Of a stretch of 64,000 bases of DNA, positions 51,019 through 63,755 are shown in pieces (positions within the stretch are counted from its first letter, which is position 1; the number at the start of each line of letters is the position of its first letter). A program made the translations under genes and the position numbers. Source of the stretch: Tubulanus polymorphus (lineage: Eukaryota > Animalia > Nemertea); contig NC_134030.1 in the NCBI RefSeq assembly GCF_964204645.1, forward strand, positions 19,180,210-19,244,209, in the 5' to 3' direction. Below the pieces are notes generated by a model that saw only the letters and a list, made by a program, of their open reading frames with translations, made no database searches and had not been told where the DNA came from.

Positions 51019-51969
51019 TTATTTCGTTGAATTTCTACAGCGGATTTTTATACAAAAATATTCACGAATTTCTCGTCCCAGCAAAAGATATATGTAGAAA
51101 TTTACCACATAGTTACACAATAGAAAATTAGTGAAAATATCGTATAGGAATTCTCTCTGAGCTGGTGAGATTGGTAACAATGAAGAAATTGTCGATGGTA
51201 GTGTAAAAATTGTAAATGCAAGTGAAACTGTTAAAAGCATGATTGTTGTACGTTTTGATTTTGCAGTTTTCTGACCAAGCGAAATCATTTTTGAACCCCT
51301 GAATAACTGAATTATTATAACAGTATTCGATGCTAGGATCAAAGACAAGGGCAGAACGAAAACGTGGATGACAAATACGGTGAAATATGTTATTTGGTCT
51401 GTTAAGTCATAGAAACATCCGAAAAACATTTCGGTATAACGTATCGATAGAGTTGGTATAACATATATGACCAGTACATTCACTGTGGTAATTATCAATA
51501 TAATAAATCTAGCGAATTTAGGTGTACATATCAAACGAGATGTGAACGGGAAGAGCACGACTGCCGCACGTTCTAGAGAGATAGCAACTACTAACAATGA
51601 ACTATTACTGGCTGCTAGTGCCATTGCAAATTCATAAATTTGGCAACTAATCGTGGAATTCATGATGAATATAGGACCAGTGTTCAAATGCAGGAGCATG
51701 AATTGCAAAACAGGCATCAGTGTACAATTGATGCAGTACATGGAGTCAGTGAGAGACAAAACAATGAGGTAGTTAGCGTATGATAAACAACGGAATCTGC
51801 GACTAATCATAATCAGGAAAGTGGCTGAATTGCCGAAGGCTCCAAACAGGAAAACGATAGGCAGCACGACCGATGATGCAGTGCGGTAGAGTCCGGACCT
51901 GTTCGCTACATACATGATGACGATGTAGCTGTTATAAGTTCGACCAATTTGCATCCTGGTTGAATTCAT
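51019..51969 (-). CDS. Rhodopsin-class GPCR, 316 aa, orphan peptide-receptor-like, a different subfamily from the rest of the cluster
   Basis: Seven hydrophobic segments, TM1 GN, TM2 LSLTD, TM3 SLERAAVV, TM6 FTLP, TM7 NYVVNFYIY; uninterrupted ORF. Confidence 0.9.
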   Translation of the reverse strand: MNSTRMQIGRTYNSYIVIMYVANRSGLYRTASSVVLPIVFLFGAFGNSATFLIMISRRFRCLSYANYLIVLSLTDSMYCINCTLMPVLQFMLLHLNTGPIFIMNSTISCQIYEFAMALAASNSSLLVVAISLERAAVVLFPFTSRLICTPKFARFIILIITTVNVLVIYVIPTLSIRYTEMFFGCFYDLTDQITYFTVFVIHVFVLPLSLILASNTVIIIQLFRGSKMISLGQKTAKSKRTTIMLLTVSLAFTIFTLPSTISSLLPISPAQREFLYDIFTNFLLCNYVVNFYIYLLLGREIREYFCIKIRCRNSTK

Positions 51970-53585
51970 GATTCATTAGATAAACTTAGGTGTTCGATTG
52001 TCTGGCCGTTTCTACTCGCATCCTATCGGGTGATTCCTATCGCTTTTGCATAACGAATTCATTATGTATTTATCATAGCTATGATACATTTGCAAGGTCC
52101 GTAACTGGTAAGACGGGAACAAAATAGATTCTGACTCATAAACATTTAGTACATTACTGTGTAAAATATTAACGCCAGTAAATTAGAAATCAATAATCTG
52201 TGTGGACTAGGCATGTGGTCGGCGAATATATCACAGTAAAACTTCTGAGCAGAAAATATCGATCAATTCGAGAGGGGAAATACATCGTGTTATAATAGCA
52301 GCACTTTATTCATTGTATTTTGACTGGTACTCATTCGAAAATACGCGCCATAATTTTCTGGTGAGAATAGGTCCTTATCAAACCCGCGATTTCAATGGTT
52401 TATCGGGTTTTTGTGTCTTTTGCTGTATTTTTGGGCGACACTGAATTAACAATTATTATGTATTTTTGCAAACACGAACCATCTGTCGCTTAACAAAAAC
52501 TAATCCTACGGACCAGAGTTTCGACGCTTTGTTTCAATAGGTAACGAAAAATGTATACGACTTGAAAGGTAGATTTAAGGAACTTCGAACGAGCAACGAG
52601 GCCGAGTTATTTTTTTCTGGGGCAATATTTCCGTGATATCCTCGCTAGACAAGGTTGTATTATCTCCCGCCGAAGGTTACGCCAACACAAACCCTGGCCG
52701 CAAACGCTTCATTTGTCTTTTACACTGCCAAAGATTTTTTGGGCGGAAAGGTCAAACCAGTCTATGTACCTATTCAATGAGATGGTAGCAAATCTGCCGA
52801 TGAAAAACAACGCATCTGATTGGCTTTATACATGGGATATTGCCAACAGCAGCGCAATAGGTTGAATCCTATGCCTCCAATAAGATCTAGTTTCAAGGTA
52901 TTAAAACATGAGTTAAATACAGAAAAAGGCGTACTGAGAACATTTAAAGCCTACCCTACGAGACCCATGGATCTGGGCTGATATTTGTGCAGATGCCAAT
53001 AATAATTCAATAATAGTAATTTAATCCATCTTGATATATCCGATTTATGAATCGGCCACCATTAAAAACGTTGAATATTTTTTCCTTAATATAAATAACA
53101 TTTATTAAAATGCATCCAACATTACCTTAACTAAGTTAAAGTTTTGAAATATTTCAATATCGATACTCGTGCACTGATAACTGCAAAACACTAAGATTTC
53201 ACACACAAATATTATCATTGATATGATTAAAACCTCCAAGTTTATGTAGATAAAATCTAGTTCGACAGGTACCGTCGTGCATTGGATAACATTATTAACA
53301 AGGTTCAGCTAGCGCTAAATCAAGCAAGAAAGCTAATATTCATATATTACAAAATATTCGAATCAACATTCACTGGTTATTGATCAGACGTGATGATCTG
53401 AATTTTGGATATGGAAAGTACACCATTTTCTATTTTTACTTAGACGTCACGATTGACTGTGATAGAAAACGAGCTAATGGTTGACTACGCTTAGCACAGG
53501 AATTAATATTCGTTTAGAACTTCAAATAAATACCAATGATGGCACAATGTATGGTTCTTCTAGTTAGTGTAGTGTTGCATAAGGC

Positions 53586-54617
53586 TTAGAACGATTTATC
53601 CATATAAATAGCGTACGATCGTAAACTCTTTTTATAAAGTGCGATAACACCCGATCTTACATCTTTCCGAAAACTGCCACTACAAATGAATATGAAACCA
53701 TTAATGCAATGGTTCGAATTCATTAATGTGGTACTGAAATAGTCACCAAACATAATGAATAGATTGTAAGAATCGTTTTCGCAATGCCAATAATAATACG
53801 TGAAGGTCTGAGTCGGATTTCCTTTCTCAAACAACAAGAAGTCAATAAGACCTCTTAAAAATGAAAAACACAAGAAAATCATAGACGTGAAAAGTACTAA
53901 CAATGTGATCTTTTTTGCTGTACCCTTCTTCTTGTTATCATTGGCTATTTGACCGGCATTGACATCAATTGATCGCCTTACGTTCATGATTATAACACCG
54001 TTCGCCACAGCAATGACAAAAAATGGTAAATATATCGTTACAGCGTTATTGTAGTTGTAGAACACATAGTACATTTCTGTTTTAGAGATTCGGCAAAGAA
54101 CCCATTTTACGAAGATGACCTTCGGCTCATGAACTGCGGACCATCCGATTTGAATCAGAGCCAATATCCCAGTGGCTACTCCCATGGCATTCCTAGCTTT
54201 GGATACTGTACATAATGCGGATGCTTTGAGGGGTTTGGAAACTGCTACTCCGCGATCGATCGTCATCAAAACCAAAATCCAGATAGCGATCTGTTTCGAG
54301 AATCTTGTATTAAAAACTTTGAAGAAACATCCAACTCTATCAAATCTTACCTGGTAGTTGTCCAAAACTCCCGGTATAGTAATACCTAGCATTCCATACA
54401 GATCTAATACACCCAAGACCAGCATGTAAAAATGACCGGAACTGTATTGCGCTTTCTTGTAGGTTGCTAGAGCAATAATAATCAAACTAACCGCGCTTAG
54501 TATTGGAAAGTTGATAGTATTTATGTGAGCCAATTTTCTTGTGTACGGGAATATCCTGTTACCATATTTAATCATGAAACACGAATTTGCTATTGACGTA
54601 TCGTTTGTGGTGACCAT
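53586..54617 (-). CDS. Rhodopsin-class GPCR, 343 aa, cluster family
   Basis: 7 TM, MTIDRGVAVSKPL, YYWHC in ECL3, NHCINGFIF in TM7; intact single-exon ORF. Confidence 0.92.
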   Translation of the reverse strand: MVTTNDTSIANSCFMIKYGNRIFPYTRKLAHINTINFPILSAVSLIIIALATYKKAQYSSGHFYMLVLGVLDLYGMLGITIPGVLDNYQVRFDRVGCFFKVFNTRFSKQIAIWILVLMTIDRGVAVSKPLKASALCTVSKARNAMGVATGILALIQIGWSAVHEPKVIFVKWVLCRISKTEMYYVFYNYNNAVTIYLPFFVIAVANGVIIMNVRRSIDVNAGQIANDNKKKGTAKKITLLVLFTSMIFLCFSFLRGLIDFLLFEKGNPTQTFTYYYWHCENDSYNLFIMFGDYFSTTLMNSNHCINGFIFICSGSFRKDVRSGVIALYKKSLRSYAIYMDKSF

Positions 54618-56259
54618 TTTCGGTGAATGTTTCTTTCTCCTGGAAATATTAATAGACCAGATACATTACAATCTCTTAGTTACAGAATCCTCCCTATCGA
54701 TTCCAAATATCAATTTTCGAACTTGATTTCTAATATCAATTTTCTCCAAAGCAATGAAATAAAGTATTACGATGATAGTATTCAAGAATCTCAATTAACA
54801 TTTGAATTTGTTACTACCTTTCTATAGAGTGACTATCACTTTCCAATTCTGCGAAAAAAGAACTCACTGAGCTAATCGTGGTATGATTTCGTCGTCGCGT
54901 ACTAAAGCGCACGGTTTATTAAAACTATTCTAACCAATCAGAATGAAGCATACGCCCAATAGTCGATGAGGACAACAAAACAAACCACCAACGAATCGTA
55001 TTCCAAACTATCATCATCTAGAACATGATATTGCGCACAGTGTAAAAGTTTGTAAATTTTGATTTGTTAATTGCCTAACTGTGTAAATATGAACATATCT
55101 CTCAAAATTATTGGAAGATTTTTATAGGCTTGCAAGAAAATTGATCACCAATCCAATTGAACAATATCCCTAATAAGCAGCTGGTGAAATTGAAGGATTC
55201 ATAGAATTAATAACTTGTTTTCCATCTTACAATGTATACCGAAATATATAATCTAAGTGGGCTTTATGCATGCATCGTACATTGAATGATTCAATTCAAC
55301 TATACTTTATTGTGTTAATAATTCTGAACTATTTAGTTAAAGTTCCAATCGTACAATCACCCTAGCCTGAGTAGGTCTTTTGTTGGTTCGGGCTGTGTGC
55401 TTCGCATAAGTCAATCAGGGAGTTGAGTTAGTGACATGAGCATCGATATAATAATTCATGTACTTCGTTGTTTGAGAATCTTTTTCTGAAAACGTAAGAA
55501 ATGACTTTAGACCTTCGAATACTCCAATCCGATGATGTGGATCAGTCTTCTTAGTACCAGCGATTCACCAACAGTTAATCATTGAGTAGAATGAGTGACG
55601 CAGTTCTGTAGAGCATTGCTCGGAATACCTGATTCAAACATTGGCATCAAAGAGATTTTTGTCTTTTCTTCATGCCAATTTTTGCCGTCGAATGGCATGT
55701 GTATAACTGTCTATTATCATTCATTCATGCTTAAACAATTCTAGTCTTGAAAACAATATAGACATAACAAGAAGTTTTAGAAATGCAATTTCACTTCATC
55801 TTTGATCATCATCCATACCCAACCTATTAGCTACATCTACATCTACATCAATAAATCCTAATCGATGTGTTGTGAATCCAGTTTGTTTCTCTGTTTGCGG
55901 ACAAAATTCGTGCATCTGTCTCAACGCTGTATTTCATTCCCAGACTTTCAAATTATTTTCCAAAATATAGATTTCTTTCCTTGAACTCTAACGATGGGTT
56001 TCAGAAAAGTTAGAACCTAAGTTCTTCACAAATTCTTCCTCAACCACGATCAACGATATCGAAAATTACCAACGAAAATTAGAGTAAAGACGTGAATTAT
56101 ATTTATTAGACCATCGTATTTTCACAGGGTCACACCAGAATTCATCTAGGGCTAGTGAATCATCCCGAAAAACGATTGGATTACAATGATAGTCTAAGGT
56201 GATAGACACACTTCATTGAAAGAACACAAGAATTAACGTTTTTCTGCATTTGAATATAC

Positions 56260-57255
56260 CTAGTAACCACGTTTAAAGATTAACTTTTTAAAATTAGCAA
56301 CGACTTCATTGCGGAAACTGGCGCAACACAAAAATATAAAAGCATTGATTGCATGATTTGCCCGTGATATAGTAAGAGAGAGGGAATAACCCACTATTAC
56401 AAGTGCAGAATATGCCATGTTGTCGCAGTGCTTGTAGTAATACCCGTTGGTTGTACGCACGTCTCCATATTCTAACTGTAAAATTGTTATTACGGCGTAT
56501 AGGATCGTCAAAAATAGGAACACCAATGACGTTGAAACTACTAAAACTGTTATCTTCTTAGCTGTACCCTTTTTCTTGTTATCAGTGGCTTTTTCACTTG
56601 TGTCGATATTGATAGACCGTCTTACATTTACAATTATTATACCATTCGCCAAGGCGATTACAATTATTGGTAAATAGGTCGAGAAAATGTTAAAGATACT
56701 TCTGTGAATGCCGTATGCAATTTTGTTCTCCAATATACAACTTGTCCAAGTACCATACAAATCTTTCCCGACGTGGAAAGCTGACCAGAACATATGGAAA
56801 ATGATCAAAAACAAACTGGCTATTCCTATGAACTTCTTACCTCTAGCCACTGTACATAACCTGGCAGCTTTGAGAGGCTTAGAAACTGCAATGGCGCGAT
56901 CAACCGTCATCAAGACCAAAACCCATACAGCAATTTGCTGCGGACAATTAATATGAAAGGCCTGCAATATGCACATAGCTCTGTTTGACTTAATGCGATA
57001 ATGATCCATAATATTAGGAACCTGAATGCTTATTATGGCGTAAAGATCGGCGAATCCTAACGCCAACATGTAAAAATGTCCTGAGTTGTACGCCGCTTTT
57101 CTGTAAGTTCCCAATGCAATGATTACCATGCCGAACATGGCCATTATCGGGAAAATGAATGCCGTGTAGAAATTGAAACCAATTGTGTATGGAAACATCC
57201 AGCCAAATTCGACAACAAAACAGATACTTGTGTTCATATTACCAAGCAAAGCCAT
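56260..57255 (-). CDS. Rhodopsin-class GPCR, 331 aa, cluster family
   Basis: 7 TM, LGFADL, MTVDRAIAVSKPL, NHAINAFIF; intact ORF with a splice acceptor just upstream of the ATG. Confidence 0.92.
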   Translation of the reverse strand: MALLGNMNTSICFVVEFGWMFPYTIGFNFYTAFIFPIMAMFGMVIIALGTYRKAAYNSGHFYMLALGFADLYAIISIQVPNIMDHYRIKSNRAMCILQAFHINCPQQIAVWVLVLMTVDRAIAVSKPLKAARLCTVARGKKFIGIASLFLIIFHMFWSAFHVGKDLYGTWTSCILENKIAYGIHRSIFNIFSTYLPIIVIALANGIIIVNVRRSINIDTSEKATDNKKKGTAKKITVLVVSTSLVFLFLTILYAVITILQLEYGDVRTTNGYYYKHCDNMAYSALVIVGYSLSLTISRANHAINAFIFLCCASFRNEVVANFKKLIFKRGY

Positions 57256-58945
57256 CTTCCAGTTCCTATAGAATATTCATAAATTTCGAAATCAGAATTC
57301 CTAGAACGCGAAGAGGCCTTCAATCAAAATAATATTTTTGATGCAGGAAATAGCATATGCTGATTTCAGTGATCATAGATCATTCACTACAGGAAAACAC
57401 AAATACCATTTTAAGTATTGTTTTATTCTCTTACCTGCTGAGACGAGCTTTCTAAGAAGTCCCCGCTACTAAAGTTCTGTGAGTGTTGTTTTGTATTCGA
57501 TTCTTCTTACCAATCAGCATGCGTGAAATTGCGAGGTATACACGTCGAAAGAACCCATATTCACAAATGACAAGTGCCCTCAAGCGGCACACGACCAGCC
57601 CGAGGGTTTTTCATGAATTGCAAATGATGCAATTTGTGGCTTGTTTGTTTGTCAAAATACACTCTCCACTCCATTGATATGATTACAACAGTACAATCGT
57701 ATTTTCAAGTCGCATTGACAGATAGCTCGCAGGAACAAATACCTCGGATTTGTCTTTTCCTTTGGTCTTATTGATTTGAATGCGGAATAGAATTGAAATG
57801 GATTTTACGTAAATTCGTCGAATGAAATAAAATTTAATCGGTTATGTTGTTTCATTTGTTCCATAGGGTAAAATTGAAATGGATTTGATATTTTTTCAGA
57901 ATAAAATTTGATTGAATGTGCTTATTAGCATATCAAGGTCATGCATGCGATTTGAGAAAAAGCTATTTTTCCGGATTTTGCATAATTGTCGATGACGTTA
58001 TCCATTGTGCAAATAAAAAATATTCTTCCCAAAAACAAATCAAATAGAAATTTCACAGGCATCGAGCTTGAAATAAAATTTTAAATCTTAAAATGAACCC
58101 CGAAATTAATAGAGTAGGCGACACCACAGGTTCACGTGAACACTTACTGATTCATGCGGCTAAGCCAATCATTGAGGAGACATCGCTTTCTAATTGGCTA
58201 TCTAAAACTGATATTTTTGTGTTCAGATTTTTGCGAAAAACCAACTGCAAATTTTAGAGGTCCTTTTTTAAAATTCACCTCCCTAGGAACTGGGAGAATG
58301 GATAATGCTTCAATGAATGATTTGTATGAATGATCTGTATGAATATATGCTCAGTGTTGCACAGTCAAAGGGCCTTTCCTCTGCCATTTATATTCGCTCC
58401 ACTTGTATAGTAATAGACTCGGCCTACGGCTGGCCTAATGATAAACGATTGTCCAGGTTGAATCTATGAGAGACTATTTTCAAGCGCTTAATCTAAAGAA
58501 ATAATTTAAATAAAAGGAAGGATGGTAGACATTTCTAGCTCCACTTTGATCATCATTTAATCCACTCTGCGTGATATTTATTCCATTTTCCATCTCATGC
58601 AGCATGTATTGAAAATACTATATCAACCGAGTAATTACACCTATTTGACTCATCTCCCTTATAAATCCAAATTTAAAAACCCTTGAACCATTTGTTTATT
58701 AAACAACAACAAAAACAACGACAAACAAGCAAAGGCAAAAATAAATGTCTCGAACATCGTTGTCAAATATGCTTTATTTTCATGTTCAATACCATAATAA
58801 TATAACATTCATTGATTATATTAAATGTCATCTCATGAATTTAGACTAATTCATATTAGACGCACCTGAGTGCATCTCATTTCAAACAACAAGAAAACAT
58901 GGCACCAAATTGTAAATTGTAGATTTCGCTTAGGAGGCCTTTCAT

Positions 58946-59935
58946 TTACAGCTGGTATCGCTGTCGTAGTTTTGCGATGCTAGTTTTGACTTCATTTCGA
59001 AAATTCGCGCTGCTCAGAAATATGCAGGCGTTCATCCAGTGGTTCGCGTTCATTAAAGCGGTACCTATGCTGTAACTAAATGCTAGAAACAGTGTGTAAT
59101 ACTCATATTCGCAGTGAACATAGTAAAAGTTGGCAGTTTTACGAATAGAACCATACTCTAAAAATAGAATTGTAACCACTGCGAATAGAACTGAAAGAAC
59201 CACGAATGCAACGGATGTTGAAATTACTAGTACTGTTATTTTCTTCGCTGTACCTTGTTTTTTGGCATCATTCACCCGAGAAGTGTCCATTTTAGCAGAA
59301 CCTCTTACACCAACTATTATTAAAACATTAGCCACCATTAGAATCAAAAACGGTATAAATAGTGACATAACGTTGTTGAAATGAAATAAGGCCGTATAGG
59401 CAACATCGTTATCGATCATGCAAGTTGTCCATGTGCCAAAAAGGTCTTTATCAATATGAAAAGCGGCCCATATAAGATGTAACAGCAAACAAGTAGTAAT
59501 CGCTATCGCCTTCTTGGCCCTGGTAACCGTACACAGTGTGGCAGCTTGGAGAGGTCTACGAACAGCTACGGCGCGATCCACGGTCATCAATACAATAATC
59601 CATATAGCTACCTGTTTTGGACCATCTAAATGAAAAGCCTTTACGATACACATGGATCTGTTAAATTTCACTCGATAGAGATCCATCAGATAAGGGACTT
59701 GAATGCCTACAATCGCGTACAAGTCTGCTATTCCTAAAGCTAACATGTAGAAATGGCATGAACTGTAGGACGCTTTTCTGTACGTTCCCAGAACTATAAT
59801 GACTAAGCCAATAACGCTCAGGACAGGGTAAGCCCAGGCCGAGAAGGCAACTATATTGGTGGTGATTGGTGTAATCCAACTCCATTTCTCGACCCAACAC
59901 ATGGCGCTTTCATTTGCATTTCCGAAATAGCCCAT
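58946..59935 (-). CDS. Rhodopsin-class GPCR, 329 aa from the ATG at 59935, cluster family
   Basis: 7 TM, MTVDRAVAVRRPL, NHWMNACIF. The start MGYFGNANESAMCW aligns with paralog N-termini and follows a TTGCAG acceptor, so the ORF extension to 60004 is probably intronic. Confidence 0.9.
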   Translation of the reverse strand: MGYFGNANESAMCWVEKWSWITPITTNIVAFSAWAYPVLSVIGLVIIVLGTYRKASYSSCHFYMLALGIADLYAIVGIQVPYLMDLYRVKFNRSMCIVKAFHLDGPKQVAIWIIVLMTVDRAVAVRRPLQAATLCTVTRAKKAIAITTCLLLHLIWAAFHIDKDLFGTWTTCMIDNDVAYTALFHFNNVMSLFIPFLILMVANVLIIVGVRGSAKMDTSRVNDAKKQGTAKKITVLVISTSVAFVVLSVLFAVVTILFLEYGSIRKTANFYYVHCEYEYYTLFLAFSYSIGTALMNANHWMNACIFLSSANFRNEVKTSIAKLRQRYQL

Positions 59936-61029
59936 CGCCTTTTTCCCTGCAAGGATTAAACATGTACATGATAACAATTTTTCGAACAAAACACAGTGGT
60001 CCATTCGATTTTCAGATACCGGTATGTCCCAGCGGATTCAGTAGAACAGTTTGAGCATTTTGATTCCTTCCATGCATAAACAAGCACTATGAACGAGTAA
60101 ACCGTGCTTACCTTTTAAAAATAATTATTTTCTTCTTCAAATATTCGATCGAATGGATACACCGGATATTAGTGTCTAGGTATTTCTAGACGATGACGAG
60201 ATGGTATAACGCAGTGGTAGTTTTGAGGATCAACAACCAACAAAAATATCAGGGACGTAAATTTGATAATCGTCCAATCAACTGCTTCATTTTGGCGACA
60301 TTGTCAATCCTAAAATAGCGACTTACAGTTTGAAATGAGTAGGGTGGTATTAGGTTTAAGGGCGTGGGTTTCTAGGAACGTCGTGTAAATCATTCAATTA
60401 ACTGTGCATCCAAAGGCAAAAGATGTTTTTGTATTATTGTTTTCTTATTGTTCCATTCGTCGATGGGTAAAGTCTGAATCCATTCTTTGATCATCTTGCC
60501 CACACCCTAACACGCCCTTATAACCAGTTTCTTATCATACAACATGACTACCGTATTCCTTCTAAATATAGGGCTTCTTATTGTTCCATTCGTCGATGGG
60601 TTTGTTGGTAGCTATGATGGCCTTCAGGGCATTTGGATCGCCTCCAAAGTGTTCTTACGGTTAGAGAGAAAAGCACTGAAAAACATCACTTAAAAATGCT
60701 GAGGAAAACCACACATGAAAACTTGCAAAAATATGCTAAAGATTATATGTTTTGACAAACCTTCCAAGATCTTTGATTCTACCTAAAAAGAAACTTTTGT
60801 TTAAACATCATATCATCAAAAGACCATAGTAAGTAGGGAGACACATAGAGGTAAAGATATTCTATTAGCGATGTGGAATTCAACATTTTATTCATCATTA
60901 TTATAATATCAAAACTGCTGTGTTTTTGTGCATGATTCAATACATATAAGCATGAAAGTACTTTTCGATCATCAAAACAAATCGGAAAATTCAGCCAGAT
61001 TTGAAATAATCTTTGAACATTGCTGCGGC

Positions 61030-62017
61030 TCCTAGTTTCACATTTCTTCGGAAATTCTTATTGCAAATGAATATGCACGCGTTGACAACATGATTAGCAT
61101 TAAGGAATATAGCGTAACCATTGACAACATGATTAGCATTAAGGAATATAGCGTAACCACCAATCAATAGAAATGTACCGTAAACTTCATACTCGCAATT
61201 GAAATAGTAATGCTGAAACGTATTTTACTGCAGTTCCATATTCTAACAGTAGAACATTAGTAAAATCTATCATATACGAAAAACCAAAAACGCAACAGAC
61301 GTTGAAACTATTAAAACAGTGATCTTTGTAGCCGTACCTTTTTTCTTGCTTCCAGTCGCTTTTTGACTCGTATCGAGGTCAACAGACGCTCAAGATTATA
61401 ACACCATTTGCTATTGCAATAACAATGAAAAAGGTAAATACAACGCTAGAACATTATTCACGTGGTAATACACACCGAATAGATACGTATCAACAATCAA
61501 ACAGTTTGTCCACGTTTGGTTTTGACGTCCTTCGTGCAAAGCGGCCCATACTGTACGGTATGGTTAATAACCAGAACACAACTTGTAACGGCAATCGCCT
61601 TCTTAGCCCTGGCTACAGTACAAAGTGCGGCTGCTCGGAGAGGTTTAGAAACTGCTATTGCCCGATCAACGGTCATCATAACCAAGATCCAGATGGCCAC
61701 CTGCTTCGGACAATCGAAATTGAAAGCCTTTAAGATACACATCGCTCTGCTGAACTGAACATAAAATGTATCCATCAGATAGGGCACTTCGATCGCGACG
61801 ATCGCGTATATATCGGCCGCTCTTAAAGCAAGCATGCAGAAATGGCACGAACTGTAGGAATGTTCCTTGTATGTTCCGAAAACGATTAAGACTAATCCAG
61901 TTAAACCCATGATCGGAAAGACATAGGCAGAGACCTTTTAAAGTTCACTGTGATAGGGGTGGTCCAGTCATAATTATCAAGCCAACAGCCTTTAGATGAG
62001 ATTTTTCCCGAAGCCAT
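61030..62017 (-). pseudogene. Rhodopsin-class GPCR pseudogene
   Basis: ATG at 62017, in-frame TAA at 61940-61938, frameshifts after TM4, and a 39-bp tandem duplication at 61082-61159 in TM7. Confidence 0.88.
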
Positions 62018-62768
62018 ACTAATTTCTCTGTAACAACATCCAGTTTCGTGATGACATTCAACTAACAAATGCACCATGCATCATTAAGCATAATTTGATG
62101 TTTTTTTGTTCAACCTACCTTTTATTTTAGAGCAATGTCCGTTTCAAACGTGTTTTTTTTTTAATCGTTGACGGTGAGAATCAGCGGCAGAAAAGGACGA
62201 AAAGAAAACTGTAAGATCTGTTAGACTTGTTGATGTAAACCTACAACCAAACCAATCGCAGACGATAGGAATCCTTTTGTTGTTTGTGTCTTTCGGCAAG
62301 TTGGGCGTGGACCATGAATTATGACATTATGTTAAACTACATACCGGTACAAAAAGACTGTGTCGTCACTAGTGTGCCTGCGGCTCATTTACATATATAT
62401 GTTTTAATTCTCGTACTACTCTCTGATTGGTGGAAGGATAGACTGATGTACACACTGTTACACACTCACATATGATTCTCCTCGGGAGTCTTTAAATTCT
62501 CAACATCCCGGGATCTTTTATATCAAACGTAAAAATCCAAACGAAAAAGGTACGTAACTTGAATAAATGTTTGGCTTTACTGGAACAAGTATACTCTCCA
62601 ATTATAAGTCTGACCGTTTGGTTCTATTGATCAAGTGGTACACACCTCTTAGATATCTTTGTTTCTAACTTGATTTTGAATAAGCATTGGGTTTGGCAAT
62701 GGGTCAGTTCTTGCAAAACATCGGGCATAATAGAATAAGACAAGATATTTTTTATCTTAGGAAAAAGA

Positions 62769-63755
62769 ATGGTTTATACAAATATTTCTGAGAGTGAAAT
62801 GTGTTGGACGAAGATTTATGGGTGGACGATGCCGATTACGATCAACCTCAACAAAGTTTCTGCATATGTGTTCCCTTTGTTAAGTCTAATCGGTTTGATA
62901 ATTATCGTATTAGGAACTTATAAGAAATCGTCGTATAGTTCTGGCCATCTGTACATGTTAGCTTTAGGAATGGCGGATTTATACGCGATATTCAGTGTCG
63001 AGGTGCCGTTTCTGATGGATGTAGCTCACGTGAAATTCAGCAGATCCATGTGTATAGTGAAAGCTTTCCACACAAATTGCCCGAAACAAATCTCGATCTG
63101 GATTCTGGTCATGATGACGATCGACCGCGCGGTTGCGGTTACTAAGCCTCTAAAGGCTGCCGCATTGTGTACTGTACCCAGGGCTAAAAAAGCTATAGGC
63201 ATTGTAAGTGTGTTTCTGTTCATCGTAAATGTAGTTGGAGCAGCTTTTCACAGAGATATAGATCTAAGTGGTAAATGGACTTCGTGTGTCATTGAGAATC
63301 TGATTGGGTCGGCAGTGTATTCTACTCTCAACAACACCCTGGCATTATTTCTGCCATTTATCGTTGTTGCAGTAGCGAACAGTTTCATAATTGTTGGTGT
63401 GAGAAGGTCTGCAAACATGGATACAACTCAGCAGGACACTAGAAAATTAACTACAGCTAGAAGGATCACAGTTTTGGTAATTTCAACCTCAGTGACATTT
63501 TTAGGTTTCTCATTTATTGCGGCACTCACCGGAATTTTAGAATATGAGCATGGCTCGGAAACATACTTGTATTATATGAATCATTGTGGTGAACATTTGA
63601 CCTACGGAACATTTGTAATAATTGGAAATTCAGTTGGCCTTGTTTTCTATCAGGCAAACCATGTTATTAATGCTTATATATTTTTGTGGAGTCATAATTT
63701 TAGAAATGATATCAAAGACGGAACTAAAGTATTTATCAATAAGTTTAAATGTTGA
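62769..63755 (+). CDS. Rhodopsin-class GPCR, 328 aa, cluster family; closest intact relative of the 31-40 kb pseudogenes
   Basis: 7 TM, LGMADL, MTIDRAVAVTKPL, YYMNHC, NHVINAYIF; intact ORF. Confidence 0.93.
   Translation: MVYTNISESEMCWTKIYGWTMPITINLNKVSAYVFPLLSLIGLIIIVLGTYKKSSYSSGHLYMLALGMADLYAIFSVEVPFLMDVAHVKFSRSMCIVKAFHTNCPKQISIWILVMMTIDRAVAVTKPLKAAALCTVPRAKKAIGIVSVFLFIVNVVGAAFHRDIDLSGKWTSCVIENLIGSAVYSTLNNTLALFLPFIVVAVANSFIIVGVRRSANMDTTQQDTRKLTTARRITVLVISTSVTFLGFSFIAALTGILEYEHGSETYLYYMNHCGEHLTYGTFVIIGNSVGLVFYQANHVINAYIFLWSHNFRNDIKDGTKVFINKFKC

Noticed and set aside
59936-60004. 23-aa N-terminal extension of GPCR ORF 58946..60004
   Set aside because: Spans a splice acceptor and has no counterpart in paralogs.
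31953-61758. Antisense and off-frame ORFs overlapping the GPCR genes
   Set aside because: Shadows of the real coding frames.
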